Source of the DNA: Nitrospirota bacterium
GTDB lineage: Bacteria; Nitrospirota; UBA9217
DNA length: 64,000 nucleotides
Direction of reading: 5' to 3'
NCBI GenBank assembly: GCA_029858565.1
Contig: JAOUEV010000003.1
Span: 32,001-96,000 of the forward strand
The notes beneath the pieces are model-generated. The model did not search any database and was not told the origin of the DNA. It saw only the letters and a list, made by a program, of their open reading frames with translations. A program made the translations under genes and the position numbers. Shown one piece after another: positions 31,323 to 41,369 of this stretch (its first letter is position 1; each line of letters starts with the position of its first letter).

Positions 31323-31883
31323 ATGATGAAAAAAGGTGTATGTTCGCTATTGTTCATCCTGTTCCTGTGGTCCGGTGTTGCCGGCGCGGCCGTAAGCCGT
31401 CCGACGTCGGACTATAAACAGGCTGACGAGCTTTTTTCCGGACAGCAATACGAAAAGGCCCTTGCCCTGTATCAGCGGGCGCTCACCACTCCTCCCGCCG
31501 GCATCCCTGCCGGCGACATTCACACCAAGATCGGGGACAGCCATTTCCGGCTCGGCCGATATGCGTCAGCGCTATCAGCCTACCGCGAAGCGGACAAGGA
31601 CCGCCGCACCTCGGACCGCGCAAGGGTCCAGTACTGGATCGGTTTCTGCTGCTTTCTCACCGGCCGCGATGCCGAGGCGGTATCAGAGCTGCTGAAGGTT
31701 CCCAAGCTGTACCCTGACGCCGGCATGTGGGTCAGCACCTCCTACTACTGGGCAGGCAAGGCCAGCGAGCGCATGGGACGGAAGGACCTTGCGGCGGAGT
31801 ATTATAAAAAAGCAAGCGGCAACGGCAAGTCGGCACAGGGGAAGTACGCGATGAAGAAGGCGGAAGCTGCGAGAGGAAAATAA
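31323..31883 (+). CDS. Periplasmic TPR protein
   Basis: Signal peptide; four TPR-like units (YEKALALY, IGDSHF, YWIGFC, YWAGKA). Confidence 0.85.
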   Translation: MMKKGVCSLLFILFLWSGVAGAAVSRPTSDYKQADELFSGQQYEKALALYQRALTTPPAGIPAGDIHTKIGDSHFRLGRYASALSAYREADKDRRTSDRARVQYWIGFCCFLTGRDAEAVSELLKVPKLYPDAGMWVSTSYYWAGKASERMGRKDLAAEYYKKASGNGKSAQGKYAMKKAEAARGK

Positions 31884-32023
31884 AGGAGTATAAGTAAGAA
31901 CAAGGATCAAAGGATTAGAGGGCTAAGTATAGAAGCAATAAATTGAAGCGACAAACAATTAGCAAACAAAGACTTACCTGATGATTAAACGGCAGGAGTA
32001 ACGCAGCAGCAAAGGAGGTAGGT

Positions 32024-32203
32024 GTGGACACACTAAAACAAGAGGCGATCAAGGTAATATCGAAACTCCCTGACACGGTGAAGATCGAAGACATTATGTA
32101 CGAACTTTACGTTGTCGATAAAGTGCGCAAGGGGAGGGATGCCGCGGCAAAGGGTGAAGTCGTTTCTCTTGAGGAACTGAAGAGGGACATGCAGACATGG
32201 TAA
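32024..32203 (+). CDS. Putative antitoxin (59 aa, not in the ORF track)
   Basis: GTG start after AAAGGAGGT; MDTLKQEAIKVISKLPDTVKIEDIMYELYVVDKVRKGRDAAAKGEVVSLEELKRDMQTW; overlaps the toxin start. Confidence 0.8.
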   Translation: MDTLKQEAIKVISKLPDTVKIEDIMYELYVVDKVRKGRDAAAKGEVVSLEELKRDMQTW

Positions 32204-32502
32204 AGTGGGCTGCTCCGGCCCGGGAGGATCTGCGGCAGATCTTCGACTATATCGCGAGGGACTCGCGGCTCTATGCGCAGCGGGTTACGCAGGATATCGT
32301 TGAAAAGACCGAAAAGCTCGACCGCTTTCCCGAGATCGGGCGGATTGTGCCGGAGTTAGGCGAGCCAAATGTGCACGAGTTGATTATAGCGCCTTATCGT
32401 ATCATCTACGAAATTCATCCTGAAATGATCGTAGTCCTTGCTGTTATTCATGGCCGGCGGAACCTGCTTGCCGAGGAAATTGCTACCCGCAAGGGAATAT
32501 GA
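32197..32502 (+). CDS. RelE/ParE family toxin
   Basis: VKW...AREDL..I.DYIA.DS, FPEIGRIVPE, YRIIY, VIHGRR. Confidence 0.9.
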   Translation: MVKWAAPAREDLRQIFDYIARDSRLYAQRVTQDIVEKTEKLDRFPEIGRIVPELGEPNVHELIIAPYRIIYEIHPEMIVVLAVIHGRRNLLAEEIATRKGI

Positions 32503-32526
32503 AATAACGGGTACCATCCATTAATC

Positions 32527-34227
32527 ATGTTGAAAGAATTAAATATCAAGAACTTCGCCATCATCGACCAGCTCCGCGTGGAGTTCGGACCGGGGCTGAA
32601 CGTGTTCACCGGCGAGACCGGGGCGGGCAAGTCGATCGTTGTGGACGCGCTGAACCTTGCCCTGGGCGAGCGGGCGAGCGGGGACCTGATACGGACCGGG
32701 GCTCAAGAGGCCGTGGTGGAGGCGGCGTTCGAACTGAACAGTCATGCTCCGACGGCGATCGGCCGGATACTGTCGGAACAGGGCATTGAGATGAACGAGG
32801 GCGATGATCTCATTGTCCGGAGGATCCTTGCAGCTTCGGGCAAGAACAAGGTCTACATCAACGGCAGCCTGGCGAATCTCGCTACGCTCGCCGCAATCGG
32901 AGCGCACCTCGCGGATATCCATGGACAGCACGAACACCAGTCGCTTCTTTCTCTGGAACAGCAGATGGAGATGCTTGATTCCTTTGGAAACCTGCTGAAA
33001 CTGAGGAGCGCGTTCGGCGAGCTTTTCATCGGACTTCGGACCCTTCGGGAAGAACTCTCGGGGCTGGAGGCAGGAGAGCGGGAAAAGGCGCAGCGCGAGG
33101 ACCTGCTGCGGTACCAGGTGAACGAGATCGAGGCTGCCCGGCTCAAGCCGGGCGAGGACGAGGAGCTTCTTGCCGAGCAGCGGGTGCTGGCGAACGCGGA
33201 AAAGCTCGGCGGTCTGGCACAGGCGGCCGACCAGGTACTGTACTCGTCCGAAGGTTCGGCACTGGCCGGATTGAAACGGGCGATCACGAGCATTCGGGAC
33301 ATCGTTGCCATTGACCCGACCCTTTCCCCGACGCTGGAGATGCTTGAATCAGGCAAGGCGCAGCTCGAAGAGGCGGCACGCGAAGTTGCCACCTACGCAG
33401 ACCGGGTCGAGTTCGATCCCGCACGGCTTGAATCGATCGGTGACCGGCTCGACCTTATCCAGAAGCTCAAAAAGAAGTACGGGGCGACGCTTGCCGAGAT
33501 CATCGCGTTTGGTGAGACAGCGGCTGCTGAGCTGGAAAAGATCGAGCGGAGCGGGGAAGAAATGGACCGTCTCCGGAAAGAGATCGCCGGGCTAAAGGAC
33601 CAGATCACGGTCAAAGCAGCCGAGCTGACGAAAAAGCGCGCCGCAGCGGCACGGGAGCTGGAAAAGAAGGTGGAAACGGAACTGGGCCACCTGGGCATGA
33701 AAAAGACGACCTTTGCGGTGCGGATCGAGCAGGAGGCGGGAGACGATACCGCTGACGGACACAAAGCCGGTCCCCGCGGCGCGGACCGGATCGAGTTCCT
33801 GATCTCCGCCAATCCCGGAGAGGAGCCCCGGTCACTGGCAAAGATCGCGTCAGGCGGTGAACTGTCCCGGATCATGCTGGCGCTCAAGACCATCCTGGTG
33901 GAAGGCGATCCCATTCCCACGCTGGTGTTCGATGAAGTGGACGCGGGCATCGGCGGCGCGGTGGCCGAGGAAGTGGGCAGGAAGCTCAAGCGGATAGCGG
34001 GAAAACGGCAGGTCTTCTGCATCACCCACCTTGCCCAGATCGCGAGCATGGCATCGAGCCATTACGGCGTTGCCAAGGCGGTAAAGAAGGACCGGACCAG
34101 CACGGAAGTGAGGCTGCTGGAGCAGCGCGAACGGATCGACGAGGTCGCCCGCATGCTTGGCGGCAAGACCATTACCGATGCAACGATTAAGCACGCCCAG
34201 GAAATGATCGAACGAGGGATGAATTAA
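32527..34227 (+). CDS. recN: DNA repair protein RecN
   Basis: TGETGAGKS, IHGQHEHQ, ASGGELSRIMLA, FDEVDAGIGG, CITHLAQIA. Confidence 0.98.
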   Translation: MLKELNIKNFAIIDQLRVEFGPGLNVFTGETGAGKSIVVDALNLALGERASGDLIRTGAQEAVVEAAFELNSHAPTAIGRILSEQGIEMNEGDDLIVRRILAASGKNKVYINGSLANLATLAAIGAHLADIHGQHEHQSLLSLEQQMEMLDSFGNLLKLRSAFGELFIGLRTLREELSGLEAGEREKAQREDLLRYQVNEIEAARLKPGEDEELLAEQRVLANAEKLGGLAQAADQVLYSSEGSALAGLKRAITSIRDIVAIDPTLSPTLEMLESGKAQLEEAAREVATYADRVEFDPARLESIGDRLDLIQKLKKKYGATLAEIIAFGETAAAELEKIERSGEEMDRLRKEIAGLKDQITVKAAELTKKRAAAARELEKKVETELGHLGMKKTTFAVRIEQEAGDDTADGHKAGPRGADRIEFLISANPGEEPRSLAKIASGGELSRIMLALKTILVEGDPIPTLVFDEVDAGIGGAVAEEVGRKLKRIAGKRQVFCITHLAQIASMASSHYGVAKAVKKDRTSTEVRLLEQRERIDEVARMLGGKTITDATIKHAQEMIERGMN

Positions 34228-34265
34228 TGCGGAATTCGGAATAATAACAAGGGGCAGGGACTGTA

Positions 34266-34472
34266 ATGGGGAAAGTCGTCATCAACTTGGAATATTGCAA
34301 AGGATGCGAACTGTGCACCACGGCGTGCGCCAAGAAACTGCTGAAGCTGGGGAAGCAGTTCAATAAGAGCGGTTATTATTTCGTCGAATATTGCGACGAA
34401 AAAGGCGAGTGCACCGGGTGCACGCTCTGCGCTGAGATGTGCCCTGATGTTGCGATAGAAGTGTGGAAGTAG
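34266..34472 (+). CDS. 2[4Fe-4S] ferredoxin (delta subunit of a 2-oxoacid:ferredoxin oxidoreductase)
   Basis: CKGCELCTTAC and CTGCTLCAEMCP. Confidence 0.92.
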   Translation: MGKVVINLEYCKGCELCTTACAKKLLKLGKQFNKSGYYFVEYCDEKGECTGCTLCAEMCPDVAIEVWK

Positions 34473-34524
34473 CAGATCAGGAACCGGTAGCCAGTAGCCG
34501 GTAGCCAGGAGAGGTTACGAAAGA

Positions 34525-35589
34525 ATGTCCAAAGTCTTGATCACGGGAAACGAAGCCCTTGCCGAGGCAGCGGTGCGCGCAGGCTGCCGCCGCTATTTCG
34601 GCTATCCCATAACTCCGCAGAACGAGATCCCCGAGTATATGTCCCGGCGCATGCCCGAGGTAGGAGGGACGTTCCTGCAGGCAGAGAGCGAGCTTGCAGC
34701 CATCAATATGGTCTACGGCGCGGCCGCAGTCGGGGAGCGGGCAATGACGTCGTCGTCCGGTCCGGGCATCAGCCTGATGCAGGAGGCGCTTTCGTTCATC
34801 GCGGCATCGGAGCTTCCCGCGGTGATCGTGAACGTTCAGCGCGGGGGTCCGGGACTGGGCAGCATCTCCGCGTCCCAGGCAGATTACTTCCAGGCGGTCA
34901 AGGGAGGAGGCCACGGCGACTATCATCTGCTGGTGTACGCACCGTCGAACCTGCAGGAGATCGTAGACCTGACCATCAGGGCCTTTGACAAGGCCGACGA
35001 ATACCGCACGCCGGTCATGATCCTGGCGGATGGCGTGCTTGGCCAGATGATGGAGCCCGTGGAGTGGCCCGATATCACGCCAAAGGTGTTCGAGAAACCC
35101 TGGGCGCTCACGGGCGCGAAGGACGGCGAGCCGGGCAAAGTGATCCGATCGCTCTTCATGCTTCCGGGCGAGGACGGCATGCTGGAACAGCACAACTACA
35201 GGCTCCGGGAAAAATATGAACGCATGGCAGCGCATGAGGTCATGGTGGAGCAGATGCTCATGGATGACGCGGAGATCTCGGTCGTTGCTTACGGGACCGC
35301 GGCGCGTATAGCCAAGTCCGCGATCGCCGCGGCGCGTTCTGAAGGGATACGCGTCGGACTCATCAGGCCCATCACGCTCTTCCCGTTCCCGGAAAAGGCC
35401 GTTGCGGCTGCTGCAGCGAAGGTCAGCCGGTTCCTGGTGACGGAGATGAACCTCGGGCAGATGGTGGAAGATGTGCGGCTCGCGGTGAACGGTAAGTCGC
35501 CGGTGGCATTCTACGGCAGGCCGGGCGGCGCGATCCTGGCGGTGAATGATATTGTGAAGAAAATCAAAGAAGCAGCAGGCAAGGGGTAA
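34525..35589 (+). CDS. vorB: 2-oxoacid:ferredoxin oxidoreductase alpha subunit (VorB-like)
   Basis: GNEALAEAA, YFGYPITPQ, QAESE, TSSSGPGISL, KGGGHGDY, EMNLGQM. Confidence 0.85.
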   Translation: MSKVLITGNEALAEAAVRAGCRRYFGYPITPQNEIPEYMSRRMPEVGGTFLQAESELAAINMVYGAAAVGERAMTSSSGPGISLMQEALSFIAASELPAVIVNVQRGGPGLGSISASQADYFQAVKGGGHGDYHLLVYAPSNLQEIVDLTIRAFDKADEYRTPVMILADGVLGQMMEPVEWPDITPKVFEKPWALTGAKDGEPGKVIRSLFMLPGEDGMLEQHNYRLREKYERMAAHEVMVEQMLMDDAEISVVAYGTAARIAKSAIAAARSEGIRVGLIRPITLFPFPEKAVAAAAAKVSRFLVTEMNLGQMVEDVRLAVNGKSPVAFYGRPGGAILAVNDIVKKIKEAAGKG

Positions 35590-35764
35590 GTGGTAAGGGG
35601 TAAGCAAGCTGCAGGTAACGACCAAGAGAACAAAAACCTTGAACCGTCAAGGCGCGAAGGTCGCCAAGGAAAACAGGGGCGAACGTTTTTTGCAGACCTC
35701 CTTCGCGTTCTTTGCGATTTCGCGGTGAGAACGAACTTTGATCTTCATTCATTCGAGGTGTCCC

Positions 35765-36685
35765 ATGGCTAAGGTAAAAACCATTCTCGACATGATCGGC
35801 AATACGCCGATGGTGCGGTTGACCCGGGTAGCGGACAGTGCCGGCGCCGAGATCTGGGCAAAGCTCGAAGGGCTCAATCCCGGCGGCAGCGTCAAGGACC
35901 GGCCGGCGCTCGCCATGATCGAGGATGCCGAACGCAGGGGCAGGCTCAAGAAAGGCATGAAGATCGTGGAGCCCACGAGCGGCAACACAGGCATCGGGCT
36001 CGCCATGGTCGCCGCGATCAAGGGCTATCCCATCATCCTGACCATGCCCGAGACCATGACCCTGGAACGAAGGCAGCTCCTGCAGGCCTATGGCGCGGAA
36101 CTGGTCCTCACCGAGGGCGCCAAGGGCATGAAAGGCGCCATTGCCAGGGCAGAGGAGCTTGTTGCGTCGGGGAAAGAGTACTTCATGCCCCAGCAGTTCG
36201 AGAATCCCGCGAACCCCATGGTTCACCGGCAGACGACAGCGCGCGAGATCCTGGCATTCATGGGCGGGAAGCGGGTGGACGCTTTTGTCGCCGGCGTGGG
36301 CACGGGCGGCACGATCACCGGCGTGGGCGAGGTGCTCAGAAAGAAGTTCAAAGGCGTAAAAATATTCGCTGTGGAGCCGGCTGCGTCCCCGGTGCTCTCC
36401 GGCGGCCAGGCCGGTCCGCATACGATCCCCGGCATCGGCGCGGGGTTCGTGCCCAGGATCCTGAACAGGGCGGTCTACGATGAGATCATCAAGGTCTCGA
36501 ACGACGACGCGAAAGCGACCACCAAGCGCCTGGCGCTGGAGGAAGGCCTGCTCGTCGGCGTCTCCTCGGGCGCGGCCTGCTGGGCAGCGCTCCTGGTGGC
36601 TGCGAAGCTCGGCAAGGGTAAGCGGGTGGTGACGCTTTTCCCCGACGGCGGGGATAGGTATCTGTCGTTGGGAGTGTTTGGATGA
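35765..36685 (+). CDS. cysK: Cysteine synthase A
   Basis: [39 protein letters not shown]. Confidence 0.95.
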   Translation: MAKVKTILDMIGNTPMVRLTRVADSAGAEIWAKLEGLNPGGSVKDRPALAMIEDAERRGRLKKGMKIVEPTSGNTGIGLAMVAAIKGYPIILTMPETMTLERRQLLQAYGAELVLTEGAKGMKGAIARAEELVASGKEYFMPQQFENPANPMVHRQTTAREILAFMGGKRVDAFVAGVGTGGTITGVGEVLRKKFKGVKIFAVEPAASPVLSGGQAGPHTIPGIGAGFVPRILNRAVYDEIIKVSNDDAKATTKRLALEEGLLVGVSSGAACWAALLVAAKLGKGKRVVTLFPDGGDRYLSLGVFG

Positions 36686-37803
36686 CCCGCATCTACCTCG
36701 ACTACAACGCCAGCACCCCTATCGCGCCTCAGGTACTTGAGGCGATGATGCCGTTCCTTACGTCGAAGTTCGGCAATCCCTCGTCATCCCACAGCTTCGG
36801 TGTGGAATGCCGCGAGGCCATTGAGCAGGCGCGGGAACGGGTCGCGGCCCTCGTTGGCTGCGCCGCAGGGGAGATCTTTTTCACCAGCGGCGCCACGGAA
36901 TCGAACAACATGGTGCTCAAGGGGATCGCCAAGGCAGCGGGCAAGGGCAAACACATCATCACCTCCCGGGCCGAGCACCCTGCGGTGCTCGAACCGTGCA
37001 AACACATCGAACGGTTCGGCTACACCGTGACCTATCTTCCCGTGGACCGTTCCGGCAGGATGGATCCCGGCGATCTTGAGAAGGCGATCCGTCCGGAGAC
37101 CGCGCTGATCACGATCATGCACGCGAACAACGAGGTCGGCACAATTCAGCCGATCGCGGAACTGACGAAGGTGGCCGCGGCCCGTGGAGTGCCCTTTCAC
37201 ACCGACGCGGCGCAGAGCGTCGGCAAGGTGATGTGCCGGGTCGACGTACTGGGCGTGGATTTCCTGACGCTCGCCGGCCACAAGTTCTATGCGCCCAAGG
37301 GAATCGGCGCGCTCTATATCCGCCAGGGAAAGCATCTTCCGCCGATGCTGCATGGCGCGGGACATGAGCGGGGGATGCGGCCCGGGACCGAGAACCTGGC
37401 GAGCATCGTCGGTCTCGGCGCTGCCTGCGATCTCGCCGGCCCGCTGCTCGAATCCGAAGGGAACCGTCAACGGCAGCTCGGGAACCGGCTGATGGAAGGT
37501 CTCAAAACCGCCGGGTTCAAGGTCCATCTGAACGGCCATCCCAAGGAACGGCTTCCGAACACATGGAATATAAGCTTCGAGGGATACAATACATCTCGGA
37601 TCATGGAAGCGCTTGGCAAGGACATCGCGGTCTCCGCAGGCGCCGCCTGCCACGGGGACAAGGTCACGGCATCCCATGTGCTCGTTGCCATGGGCGTGCC
37701 GCCCGAGCTCATGAAGGGAGCCATCCGCTTCAGCTTGGGCAGGGAGACGACAGAGGCGGAGATCGATAGGGTGGTGGAGATTCTTGTAAAGAATCTTCAT
37801 TAA
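36682..37803 (+). CDS. Cysteine desulfurase/selenocysteine lyase-like class V PLP enzyme
   Basis: [46 protein letters not shown]. Confidence 0.92.
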   Translation: MTRIYLDYNASTPIAPQVLEAMMPFLTSKFGNPSSSHSFGVECREAIEQARERVAALVGCAAGEIFFTSGATESNNMVLKGIAKAAGKGKHIITSRAEHPAVLEPCKHIERFGYTVTYLPVDRSGRMDPGDLEKAIRPETALITIMHANNEVGTIQPIAELTKVAAARGVPFHTDAAQSVGKVMCRVDVLGVDFLTLAGHKFYAPKGIGALYIRQGKHLPPMLHGAGHERGMRPGTENLASIVGLGAACDLAGPLLESEGNRQRQLGNRLMEGLKTAGFKVHLNGHPKERLPNTWNISFEGYNTSRIMEALGKDIAVSAGAACHGDKVTASHVLVAMGVPPELMKGAIRFSLGRETTEAEIDRVVEILVKNLH

Positions 37804-37825
37804 CCGCAAAAACAGCGGGGGATAT

Positions 37826-38095
37826 ATGCCGGTCATATCGATGTTCTATGGTATCATCATCCTGATGTTCAACTTCGATAATAAGAAACACCACCTTCCG
37901 CATATTCATGCTCAATATGCTGAGCATACCGCTGTAATTTCAATAGAAAACGGCGAAGTGCTGGATGGCGCCCTCCCCGGATCAAAAATGAAACTTGTTC
38001 AGGCATGGATGGAGATACATCGGGATGAGCTGATGGCAGACTGGCAGCTTGCACTGGAAGGGAATAAGCCTTTCAAAATCGAGCCGCTTAAGTGA
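37826..38095 (+). CDS. DUF4160-family protein (putative TA component)
   Basis: MPVISMFYGIII.M....HHLPHIHAQY...KIEPLK. Confidence 0.88.
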   Translation: MPVISMFYGIIILMFNFDNKKHHLPHIHAQYAEHTAVISIENGEVLDGALPGSKMKLVQAWMEIHRDELMADWQLALEGNKPFKIEPLK

Positions 38096-38104
38096 GGTGA
38101 AGCT

Positions 38105-38371
38105 ATGATTAAAGTCATTTCAGTGGAGCCTGTCGAACAATTTAAACTGAACATCGTACTGTCCAATGGTAAAAAGGGCTTGTTCGATGTCTCTCCCTAT
38201 CTTGAGCTGGGGGCCTTTCACGAGTTGAACGACCAGACGTATTTTCGCCGCGTCAAGATCTCTTTCGGCGGGATTGCATGGCCGAATGAACAGGACCTGA
38301 GCGCCGATACCATTGAACATGAATTGCAGGAATCAACGGAAACGAACGCGGGGAAAATAAACGCGGCATGA
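38105..38371 (+). CDS. DUF2442-family protein (putative antitoxin)
   Basis: V.P..Q.KL...L.NG....FD, F..V....GGIAWPNEQDLSADT. Confidence 0.88.
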   Translation: MIKVISVEPVEQFKLNIVLSNGKKGLFDVSPYLELGAFHELNDQTYFRRVKISFGGIAWPNEQDLSADTIEHELQESTETNAGKINAA

Positions 38372-38451
38372 GCGTGCTATGCTGTTCGGCTGAGCGAGAT
38401 TAGTGTGCTTTGCGCAACACGCGCACGTGTAGATGTGTTGTTTGGATAAGC

Positions 38452-38560
38452 CGTTGGGTATCACGGAGTTCACCCAACCTACTACTGTGCGAACACAGAT
38501 GCAAATAGACGTTTTCGAATAAACTGAATAGGTTGGATAATTGAGAGCCCTTTTATCAAC
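38452..38560. repeat. REP-like units left of the 38572 gene
   Basis: cgttgggtatcacggagttcacccaacctac and taggttggataa...ttatcaac. Confidence 0.6.
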
Positions 38561-38571
38561 AGGTCCAGGAA

Positions 38572-38895
38572 ATGTCTGAGATTATAGCTTCAACTCAGGT
38601 TGAGTGCAGTCGTAGGTCTGGAAAACGACATCTTGTGGCTATAGAACTGGGTCGTCCATATCAAACACAATCTGGAGACTGGGCTTGTCCTCTCGCTATG
38701 CGAGGTTTGTACGATAGTCTGCGTGACGTCAGAGGAGAGGATTCCTTTCAAGCAGTTTGTTTGGCGTTGACTCTCGCACGACGGTTACTTGAAGGTGTTG
38801 TCAATGAGGGCGACCGGATTGTGGTTGTAGGTACAAACCAAAATCATCCAATTGAAGCCGTTTTCTCAGCAATAGGAAAAACTAGTGGTCTGTGA
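38572..38895 (+). CDS. Hypothetical protein (DUF6968-like)
   Basis: ELGRPY....DWACP....G......GEDSFQA..LAL; lower GC; RBS CAGGA. Confidence 0.65.
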   Translation: MSEIIASTQVECSRRSGKRHLVAIELGRPYQTQSGDWACPLAMRGLYDSLRDVRGEDSFQAVCLALTLARRLLEGVVNEGDRIVVVGTNQNHPIEAVFSAIGKTSGL

Positions 38896-38949
38896 TAATC
38901 CAGCTTCGTTTTCGTAACGTGCAGTCTCTCATTAGTTGGGCTGTACGTC

Positions 38950-39028
38950 CGTAGGTCGGGTACGACGCAAAGTTTGAAGCAACTTTTCGGAAACATGTTG
39001 GTGTCACTACGTTCAGGCTAACCAACCA
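38950..39028. repeat. Degenerate REP-like doublet right of the 38572 gene
   Basis: cgtaggtcgggtacg...tgttggtgtcactacgttcaggctaaccaacc. Confidence 0.5.
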
Positions 39029-39047
39029 TTATTAAATTACTAACTCT

Positions 39048-40430
39048 ATGCCAATCGAAACCATACTCATAATCGACGACGAAGAGTCCATCCGGAAATC
39101 CCTCAAGGACATCTTGATGGACGAGGGATACGAGGTCGCGACCGCGGCATCGGGCCGCGAGGCACTGGACCTGTTGTCCGAGGCGCAGCCTGCCCTGGCG
39201 CTCCTGGACATCGCCATGCCGGACATGGACGGCATCGAGACGCTCAAACGGATCAAGGAAACGCGGCCCGAGATGCAGGTCATCATGATCACCGGCCACG
39301 GCACCATCGACACGGCGGTCCAGACCACGAAGATGGGAGCCTATGATTTCCTGCAAAAGCCGCTGTCCCTCGAACGGGTGACGCTTGCGGTGAAGAACGG
39401 CCTTGAAGAGCACCGGCTCAGGCAGGAGAACGAAGCGCTCAAAAGGAACATCGAGCGGCGCTATGAGATCGTGGGGGAGAGCGCGGCCATCGTGGCGCTC
39501 AAACGCCAGATCTCCCTGGCCGGTCCGACGAACGGCTGGGTCCTGATCCATGGAGAGAGCGGGTCAGGCAAGGAGCTGGTTGCCCGGGCGATCCACCGCC
39601 AGAGCAGGCGCGCGTCAGGTCCTTTCGTCGAGGTGAACTGCGCGGCCATACCCCAGGAACTGATCGAGAGCGAATTGTTCGGCCATGAAAAGGGCGCATT
39701 CACCGGCGCCACGGGAATGAAGCGGGGCAAGTTCGAACTCGCGAACAGCGGCACGATCTTCCTGGACGAGATCGCGGACATGAGCCTTGCGACCCAGGCC
39801 AAGGTGCTGCGCGTTCTGGAGGGCCAGGAATTCCAGCGCGTGGGCGGGACCCGGAACCTGAAGACCGATGTGCGGGTCATTGCGGCCTCGAACAAGGACC
39901 TGAACGAGGAGATCGGAAGGGGCGCTTTCCGCGAGGACCTCTTTTACCGTCTGAACGTCGTCCCCCTTGAGGTCCCGCCGCTCCGGGAGCGGAAGGACGA
40001 CATCCCGGTGCTGGCCGAACACTTTCTGCGCGAGTTCGCCGCCGAATACGGCCAGCGTCCCAAGTCGCTGTCGCCCGAGGCCATTGACCTGTTCCTCCGC
40101 CACCCCTGGAAGGGCAATGTGCGCGAGCTCAGGAACCTTACCGAACGCCTGGTGATCATGGTGCCCGGTCCGGTCATAGATGCGTCCGATGTGCCGCCGC
40201 CCGTGGCCAGGCAGCAGACCGGCCGGCCGCAAACGGGCGGATGTGCGGACCAGGCCATGTATACGGGATACGCAACGCTCAAAGAGGCCCGCGCCGCGTT
40301 CGAAAAGGAATATATCACCCGGAAGCTCAAAGAGAACAACGGCAACGTGAGCAAGACCGCTGACGAGATCGATGTGGAGCGCAGCAACCTGCATCGGAAG
40401 ATCAAGGCATTGAACATAGAAACGGATTAG
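39048..40430 (+). CDS. Sigma54-dependent response regulator (NtrX/NtrC family)
   Basis: Receiver domain (IIDDE, LLDI.MP), GESGSGKE, ESELFGHEKGAFTGA, GNVREL, Fis-type HTH. Confidence 0.95.
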   Translation: MPIETILIIDDEESIRKSLKDILMDEGYEVATAASGREALDLLSEAQPALALLDIAMPDMDGIETLKRIKETRPEMQVIMITGHGTIDTAVQTTKMGAYDFLQKPLSLERVTLAVKNGLEEHRLRQENEALKRNIERRYEIVGESAAIVALKRQISLAGPTNGWVLIHGESGSGKELVARAIHRQSRRASGPFVEVNCAAIPQELIESELFGHEKGAFTGATGMKRGKFELANSGTIFLDEIADMSLATQAKVLRVLEGQEFQRVGGTRNLKTDVRVIAASNKDLNEEIGRGAFREDLFYRLNVVPLEVPPLRERKDDIPVLAEHFLREFAAEYGQRPKSLSPEAIDLFLRHPWKGNVRELRNLTERLVIMVPGPVIDASDVPPPVARQQTGRPQTGGCADQAMYTGYATLKEARAAFEKEYITRKLKENNGNVSKTADEIDVERSNLHRKIKALNIETD

Positions 40431-40529
40431 AACACCAAAACAAGGATTAAGGATTGAAGGATCAGCCAGGTGTTTGTGTGGTTGTAATCCTATGATCCTT
40501 ACTCCTCCTAATCCTTCACTTGCAGTCCT

Positions 40530-41369
40530 ATGATAGAGACCATCAACCTCACCAAGCAGTTCGGCAGCCTCACGGCGGTCAAAGAACTTCATATCGCTGT
40601 CAAAGATGGCGAGGTCTTCGGCCTTCTGGGGCCGAACGGCGCGGGCAAGACCACGACGATCCGGATGCTCACCACGCTTTCCCGTCCTGCTTCAGGCACT
40701 GCCAGGATAGCCGGTTTTGACATCATCAACGACCCCCTTGCTGTCAAGAGCATTATCGGCGTTGTTCCCCAGATGCTGAACCTCGATATCGACCTCACGG
40801 CAGCGGAGAACCTGGAGTACCACGGAAGGCTGCACCGCATGGAGGCGGCAGATCGCCGCGGCCGTGCCGAGGAACTGCTCCGGTTCACGGGCCTCTGGGA
40901 AAAGCGGGACACCCATGTGGAGCATCTGTCCGGCGGCATGCGGCGCAGGCTCCTGATCGCCCGCGGGCTGATGCACCGGCCCAAGGTGGTCTTCCTGGAC
41001 GAGCCGACCGTGGGGCTCGATCCCCAGGCGCGGCGCATGATCTGGGGCATGCTCCTTGATCTGAAGCGGAGCGGCATCACCATCCTGCTCACGACCCATT
41101 ACATCGAGGAGGCCGACGCGCTGTGCGACCGCGTGGCGATCCTGCGGCAGGGAACGGTCATCGCGCTGGACAGGCCGTCGGCGCTCAAGTCGAACGTCGG
41201 CGCGTTCGCGCTTGAGTGCCTGGGCAGGCAGGACATTGCCCGGAAGTTCTTTCGCTCGCGCGAAGAGGCGATCGAGGCCGGCAAAGATGTTTGCACCGAC
41301 ATCGTTGTCCGCGACGTGACCCTGGAGGACGTGTTCATCAAATTGACCGGGGAACGGATTGAAACATGA
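40530..41369 (+). CDS. ABC exporter ATP-binding protein (NodI/DrrA-like)
   Basis: GPNGAGKTT, LSGGMRRR, LDEPTVGLD. Confidence 0.95.
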   Translation: MIETINLTKQFGSLTAVKELHIAVKDGEVFGLLGPNGAGKTTTIRMLTTLSRPASGTARIAGFDIINDPLAVKSIIGVVPQMLNLDIDLTAAENLEYHGRLHRMEAADRRGRAEELLRFTGLWEKRDTHVEHLSGGMRRRLLIARGLMHRPKVVFLDEPTVGLDPQARRMIWGMLLDLKRSGITILLTTHYIEEADALCDRVAILRQGTVIALDRPSALKSNVGAFALECLGRQDIARKFFRSREEAIEAGKDVCTDIVVRDVTLEDVFIKLTGERIET

